DNA from: Octopus vulgaris
Lineage: Eukaryota
Reading direction: 5' to 3'
DNA: 64,000 nt
Assembly: GCA_951406725.2 (NCBI GenBank)
Contig: OX597828.1
Location: 56,854,001-56,918,000, forward strand
Positions 57,934-64,000 of the stretch are shown here, piece after piece (positions within the stretch are counted from its first letter, which is position 1; each line of letters begins with the position of its first letter). A program made the position numbers and the translations under genes. The notes under the pieces were generated by a model that was not told where the DNA came from, made no database searches, and worked only from the letters and a program-made list of their open reading frames with translations.

Positions 57934-58048
57934 GATGAATAATTGAATGGAAATATTCCGATTTATCCTTCCCTTGGATGTTAAACGTCTCAACGTCTCA
58001 AAGTACGTATATTGCGCCCTTCTGAATATTTCCTTGATATATTTGAAA

Positions 58049-58066
58049 CTACAGGATTAAATAAAA
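58049..58066 (-). promoter_or_regulatory. Candidate 3' splice acceptor of a 5'-UTR intron of the CR-like gene
   Basis: Minus strand reads TTTTATTTAATCCTGTAG about 115 nt upstream of the ATG; motif only, no transcript evidence. Confidence 0.3.
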
Positions 58067-58185
58067 GTATTGTCAAACAGATTGTTTATGAGATATATAA
58101 GCAGTGTATATAATTTCTCTAGAAATTTATAAAATAACTTTTATGTTTAAATTAGCTTGCCTTTCCTCTGACGGTCTATGTTTAT

Positions 58186-58390
58186 GAAATGGAAACAGAA
58201 AGTGGTTTATATATTTAAGCATGCCATATCATTAATGTTTTCAGGTATCATCACTTCCAGATCGGTGTAGCAGTACAGATTACATTCAAATGTATGAAGC
58301 AATGTTGATGATCTCCGGACGTGCCTAGCAGGGTTGTACGAACTATTAATTTCTTTAAGTAAACGCCTTTAAATAGAGTATACTATTTCT
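58186..58390 (-). promoter_or_regulatory. Upstream block of the CR-like gene (possible core promoter or non-coding exon), duplicated at about 37912-38122
   Basis: Aligns by eye with 37912-38122. TATA-like TATTTAAA on the minus strand is kept in both copies (58368-58375 and 38100-38107). Confidence 0.4.
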
Positions 58391-58569
58391 ATCTAGTCTG
58401 CCCCTCTCTACCTACCTTTCTCTTTATTCCTCTCTACCTATCTATTTACCTATCTATCTAGCTTTTTCCTCTGTCCCTCTCTGTCTCTCGTTGTCTGTCT
58501 CTCTTTGTCTCTCTGTCTCTCTTTCTCTCTCTCTGTTTTTCTGTCCCTCTATCTCTCTATGTATATCCC

Positions 58570-58618
<49 letters not shown>

Positions 58619-58691
58619 GATACATATATATATATATATACTATATATATATATATATATATATATACATACATATATATTTATATATGTA

Positions 58692-58731
<40 letters not shown>

Positions 58732-58807
58732 CATACATACATATATATATATATACATATACACACATACATATATATATATATATATACATACATACAT
58801 ATATTAC

Positions 58808-58838
<31 letters not shown>

Positions 58839-59293
58839 TACACGCACGTAAGCGCACACGCACACAAGCACACGCACGCATATTACGCCCACACAATTAT
58901 ATATACACGTACACAATTATACATACATATATATATACACACATACCCACGTACAAGCACACACGCACACATACACTATGTAAAGCACAGTTATTCGCCA
59001 CACACCCTAACTCTACGCCTACACACACGACCGCACACATACACACACACACTACAAACAAAACACACACACGATACATATACATACACGCACACACACA
59101 CATACTTGTGGCAGAGACAAATACACCACTCCTTATTTTTATAAACTAGCCAGCTACTAGCCTGTTGTTTACAGCTACAACCACACACATATACACACAC
59201 ACGCACATACACACGTGTCATCATTGCACACATATACACACACACACGCACACGCAGACCTCCGCGCACGCACACATCCACACTTACACACAC

Positions 59294-59599
59294 ATTCTCC
59301 CTCCTACATTGCGCTTTCTTTGACCATTCTACTCTTCTGTCTTTGAAAACTCTTCCGTCTTGAAAACATTTTTCTTCATCCTTTCTCCTTCCGGTCTTTC
59401 AAAATGTGACCTCGTGTGTAGCGATTTTTTTTCCTCTGTCTTCCCTTCTCTGGATCTTTCCTTCTCCTATGTTTCCGACGAAGAGCTCTGCGCGAAACGT
59501 TAAACCCTCCTTCTTGCCTTCTTTCCTGAGCGTCCAATAATACTATATTTGTTCCACGTTCTCGCGTTGTTGTGTTTGTCTGTGTTTTCTTGTTTGGAT

Positions 59600-59604
<5 letters not shown>
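59294..59604 (+). mobile_element. Penelope-type terminal repeat with minimal hammerhead-like core; relatives at 3843-4045 (-) and 22723-22960 (+)
   Basis: CCGACGAAGAGCTCTGCGCGAAACGTT here and CCGACGAAGAGCTCCGCTCGAAACGTC on the minus strand at about 3943-3969; each copy abuts a CA-rich tract. Confidence 0.6.
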
Positions 59605-59646
<42 letters not shown>

Positions 59647-59654
59647 ATACGTGC

Positions 59655-60022
59655 AGATTATGATGAATAAATTGTCACCATCTTATATTTTAATGTCGTG
59701 CTTGCGCATTATTTTGTCTATTCTGTCAACTACTCAGTGTAGTAGGGTCGGCTGGGCACCGTCTGTTAGAATAATAGCACCATTACGCAAATCATTCTGC
59801 CAAAAATTTGGAAATGACATACTGTATTGCCAGACAATTGTGGCGAATGTTCCAAAACGAATATTTCATAGTTTTTCGGTCTGAATCCGATGTCAGTGCG
59901 ACCTGAGGACATTTACCGAGCGTGATAAAAATCAAACGTCCTGTCTATATAATGTTGTTTATAGTGATTACTAGTGATGGCGACATTATGCCTACATTCA
60001 TCTTCCCAAACGGCCTTATACT
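59655..60022 (+). mobile_element. 5' part of the same Tc1/mariner family; shorter copy at 39436-39556
   Basis: TAAATTGTCACCAT...TTTTAATGTCGTGCTTGCGCATT...GGGCACCGTCT shared with 39450-39547; similar to 30400-30670. Confidence 0.75.
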
Positions 60023-60199
60023 CAGAAGTCACTTAGGTGATTTCATTTTGAATAACTCCCTTTTCTTTACAAATAGGTATATGACATTTTAATTCAATAT
60101 AGTGGAAATAATGGAAACTTATTTTTATTAGTCCTTTCTTGTCATACCTGGAAAATGGAATCTTTTAAATGGCGTATGAAAAATGAGCTTTAAACTGGC

Positions 60200-60520
60200 G
60201 TACATTTTCAACTATACCCATTCGTGCCCTTCCAAAATATTTTCCATATATGCTGTAAGGATGTCAGAGTCATTATCCCTGATTATGCTAGTATCCTTCT
60301 CCTTTAATTGCTGACATTATTTTTTGACATAGAACTACTCTTTTAGGTATCCCCACAACAAGTCGTCTGGGCTGGTCAAGTCTTGGGAATGTGATGGCCA
60401 GTTGACTTTGCAGTAGCGAGAGTTGATTCTTTCTCTAAAGCTTTACCTCTGTAACCGTATTATTTTTCTTACTTTACGACCCGGGGCCCCATCTTGGTAG
60501 AAATGAACATCGGGCGTATT
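60200..60520 (-). mobile_element. Tc1-like transposase fragment
   Basis: Minus strand gives FYQDGAP...NWPSHSQDLTSPDDLLWGYLKE, resembling QDGAP...WPxRSPDLTPxDFxLWGYLK. Confidence 0.7.
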
Positions 60521-60597
60521 TTGAATGGCCGAGCGCCATGAGCTCTCGGTTGCAGACCTGTATCGCTAACCAGTCACAGCCACGACATACTCATAGT

Positions 60598-60639
<42 letters not shown>

Positions 60640-60644
<5 letters not shown>

Positions 60645-60815
60645 AAACTAATAAAAAGGGCTAGCAGCAGGCTGCTTTGCCGCATACCGAAGGAATTAGA
60701 AATGGCAGTCAAAGACTGTTTTTTCCATTTTCTGTAAGTGGATATTCCAAAAACGAAGGACCCTTCGGTATGCGGCAAAGCAGCCTGCTGCTAGCCCTTT
60801 TTATTAGATTTACTA
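60640..60815. repeat. Near-perfect inverted repeat with arms of about 54 bp
   Basis: CTAATAAAAAGGGCTAGCAGCAGGCTGCTTTGCCGCATACCGAAGG is followed by its reverse complement from about 60762. Confidence 0.9.
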
Positions 60816-60936
60816 TATACTGAACCTTACAAAGTTCCTGACGATGAATTTGTCATATTTACATACCGAAATTTACTGGTGAATAATTGTTGGTTATATG
60901 AAAAACCACAGAAAAATTATTTACCATTTTTATTGC

Positions 60937-60987
<51 letters not shown>

Positions 60988-61155
60988 CAAAATGAGAAAA
61001 TGTAGAAACATACTTAAATCAATCAATCATCAACCATCAGATAATACCCAATCAATACTTTATTAAACCATTACACAACAGCAATGACATTATACATAAT
61101 ATATTACAAATATAACTAGACATAGACATAGAAATAGAAAATACAATTACATTGT

Positions 61156-61268
61156 AGCTGACAGCTGTTTCGGCCGTGAAGACAGGTATGTCCCATTTAA
61201 CCTATTAGCCATATAAAGCAAGTATAAATGAGACATTAACAAGAATGTCTCACGGCCTCTTCAGAGAA
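61156..61268 (-). ncRNA. Type I hammerhead ribozyme-like motif (Penelope-associated type) with extended stem II
   Basis: Minus strand: CTGAAGA, GGCCGTGA...TCACGGCC (8-bp stem II), GAAA, palindromic ACAGCTGT stem III, GTC triplet. Stem I is only about 2 bp. Confidence 0.65.
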
Positions 61269-64000
61269 TTTAATGTAAGTATGAAAAAAATTTACATATA
61301 AATATGAAAATAAATATAAAAAAATATAAAAATGTGTGCATAGACACTCATAATTCTACACATATATATATACACATTAATACAATATAAACAATATATA
61401 TCAATATACATTAACAAACACAGTAATGTTCCATATTAAACTCATAGTTCTATAACCAACATCAAGGAAATACATGTACACTCACATTTAAATTTAAAGC
61501 AGGCATATATACTTAACAGTCTAGTTCATTAAAATGTATAACCACACATATATATACAGTGATAGGCTGATAGATAGATAGATACATACATACATTATAT
61601 GGATGCAGGAGTGGCTCTGTGATTAGAAGATTCTTTCCCAACCAACACGCTTCCAGTTTTAGTCATACTGCCTACCAACGGGAGCAGGTGTTTTTTACCA
61701 TAGCCTCGGTACGCCCAAAGCCTTTTGAGTGAATATGGTTGACGGAAATTAAAAGAGGGGTGTCCTGTGTATATATGTATATATATATATATATATGTAT
61801 AGATATTTATATCCATGCATATCTATACAAAAACATGCCAAGATATGGAAAAATGTATATCATAATCTATATTATATCAAGTACAACATTACAACATATA
61901 TAAACAATGAGAGAGCGGTACTGATTAAATATTACAAAAATGTTGCAGAATTCCCCAGTCATGGAAAAATATATATGATAAAATTAATAAAGTATAAATC
62001 TTGTGTAGAATATTCTTTGGCGGTTAAATATGAAGGAAAGAAAAATAAATAATCTCCAATATGTACTTTGGATGTAAATGAAGAACCTGGAGTAAAAAAC
62101 TAACGCAACTTGTATCGAAACAATAAAAAAAGTAGGTTATATCAAAGACAAGCATCAAAATTTACATACCTGTTGACAAATATTGTGTTGATGATAACTG
62201 TCTACAAATTAAGTATTTCGAAGAGTGTCAGAAAAATATCGGAATCTGTTTTTCGTTGCAGTATAGATTGCTTTTGGAATACGAGAATATATTTTCACTT
62301 AAAAGACAAAACAAAAAAAAACAACAAAATCTGAGCACGATTCATGTTATAGATCCTAACATTCTCTAAATTAGACCACTGTATTTCAGAACTCCGATGT
62401 AAGTTTTCTTTGTATGGTATTTGTAATCTGTATTTTAGCACAATAATGTGTCCCATGTAAAGAGTAGCATTCGTGATCTTTACAAATAAATTTACGTCTG
62501 CTAGGATGTATTTGATTAACTATATAGAAGCAAAAGCGCAGATTTTTGTAATGCTATTAAATAATAAGATTATATTCAGTTATGTTTTAGAAATAAGTTT
62601 GTAAATAATTTGTATAGATGAATCTATGCAACATGACAAGCTTTTGTGCCCATCTACACAATTTGTTCACAACGCTTTGACAATACGAATAAAATACATA
62701 CTAGATTTAAAAGTATATGCAGGGACGATAATATGTATTAAAATCGAACGGCGGTGCTCCAACACCACTTGCGACCATATTCGTGAAACAAGGAAGAATA
62801 AAAGGCATAATACAGAATGTTCAAAAATTCTCTCTGCAGTGAATTTTCTTTTCTCCAAGATGAATTTCAAAACATGTGTAGAAGAATCAACTTATGTACT
62901 GAAAATGAAGGACAACACTTATACGATCCTATAAATATTCATTTTGCAATAATGTACTTCCTGACGAAGGACATTTTTGTACACCCTATCAAAAAACTAA
63001 TGTTGCCTACGTTGCCTGGTGAAGGACTAATCCATTACATTGAATCCAGTGTTTCGCTGGTACTTAATTATCAACCGCGAAGAGAAGAAAGGCGAAATCG
63101 ACCTCCGCAGAATGTTGAACACGAAACATAGCAACGGGCAAAATATTTACTCGATATATTTTAGCGGCCTAATGTTTCTGCCAGCTCACCGCCATAAAAG
63201 AATACAATAAACCATTCTAGTAAAAATATAAGAACTGAAAATTAGGGGAGGAATACTCGATTACAACGAAACCAGTATTCAACCGATACTTAAGCATTTT
63301 GTCCGGCAGCGAACGATTCTGCTATTTCGCCGCCTTAAAAGAATACAATAATATTACCAGAATCACAACATGACCACGTATTATTGATGCAAAAACTTGT
63401 TACCTGAATTTTGAAATCTAAGCAGGCATATAAAGAAATTTAAAATATTTTGGTCCTATCAGTGCTTTTCAACCGCTTATTGTATATCATTATTTATTGG
63501 TCTTATCACATAGTAGGAAATAGATTTCTTTTTCAAACGTATCAATAAATTCCACACTAGAAATATTACGTAACTTCGTTAGAGATGTTTGCAAATATAA
63601 CGCTATCTTTTTAAATCTTGGTTTATAATAAACATATGTAATGATACAGTACATGCATTTGATTAAAGAATGATTCACGTACAAATATTATGAAATATGT
63701 GTGTGACACTTGTACGTGGAAATGAAATCTATTATTTCTAGAAAGTAATAGGACAGCAATGCAGCAGTATCGTTCGTACGCCAAACAAAACGCCCATTGG
63801 CATTTTCCCATCTAGACGCTCCGAAACAATGTGAATTGTGACTTTCATAATTTTTGAGATCGATCAAACAGTACCAGTTAAACGCTAGAGTTTCTGTCAC
63901 CCACGTCTTCCGCATTTCAAAACTGCTGACCTTTTGCCATAAGTTTAAACCATTATTTATTCAAGATTATAAATTGTATACATATAGATTTATATTGAAG

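Noticed and set aside
57934-57993. N-terminal extension of the CR ORF in the track (402 aa)
   Set aside because: Starts at TTG; the ATG at 57933 directly opens the signal peptide.
62164-62206. Minus-strand micro-exon (TTGTAG...CAG|GTATGT) as a distal CR UTR exon
   Set aside because: Splice-like words are common by chance; no support without transcripts.

Overview
AT-rich eukaryotic genomic DNA, very dense in microsatellites and transposon relics. The repeat landscape and the one gene point to an octopus (coleoid cephalopod); this is inference. Only one intact host gene is supportable: a single-coding-exon Cys-loop (pentameric ligand-gated) ion channel on the minus strand (56785-57933, 382 aa). 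It has an nAChR-like fold and cation-channel M2 but lacks the acetylcholine-binding aromatic residues and the loop-C vicinal cysteines, which is the signature of cephalopod chemotactile receptors (CRs). A diverged copy of its upstream flank about 20 kb away suggests a former tandem paralogue. The rest consists of CR1/L2-type, Dong/R4-type and Tx1-type LINE fragments, Penelope-like elements with hammerhead-like motifs, Tc1/mariner relics, a non-autonomous Helitron, many tRNA-type SINEs, fold-back repeats, a decayed unknown reading frame (about 13.9-15.2 kb) and an unexplained internally repeated AT-rich block (about 5.3-8.7 kb). Most ORFs in the supplied track are microsatellite artefacts. All alignments were done by eye, so element boundaries are approximate.
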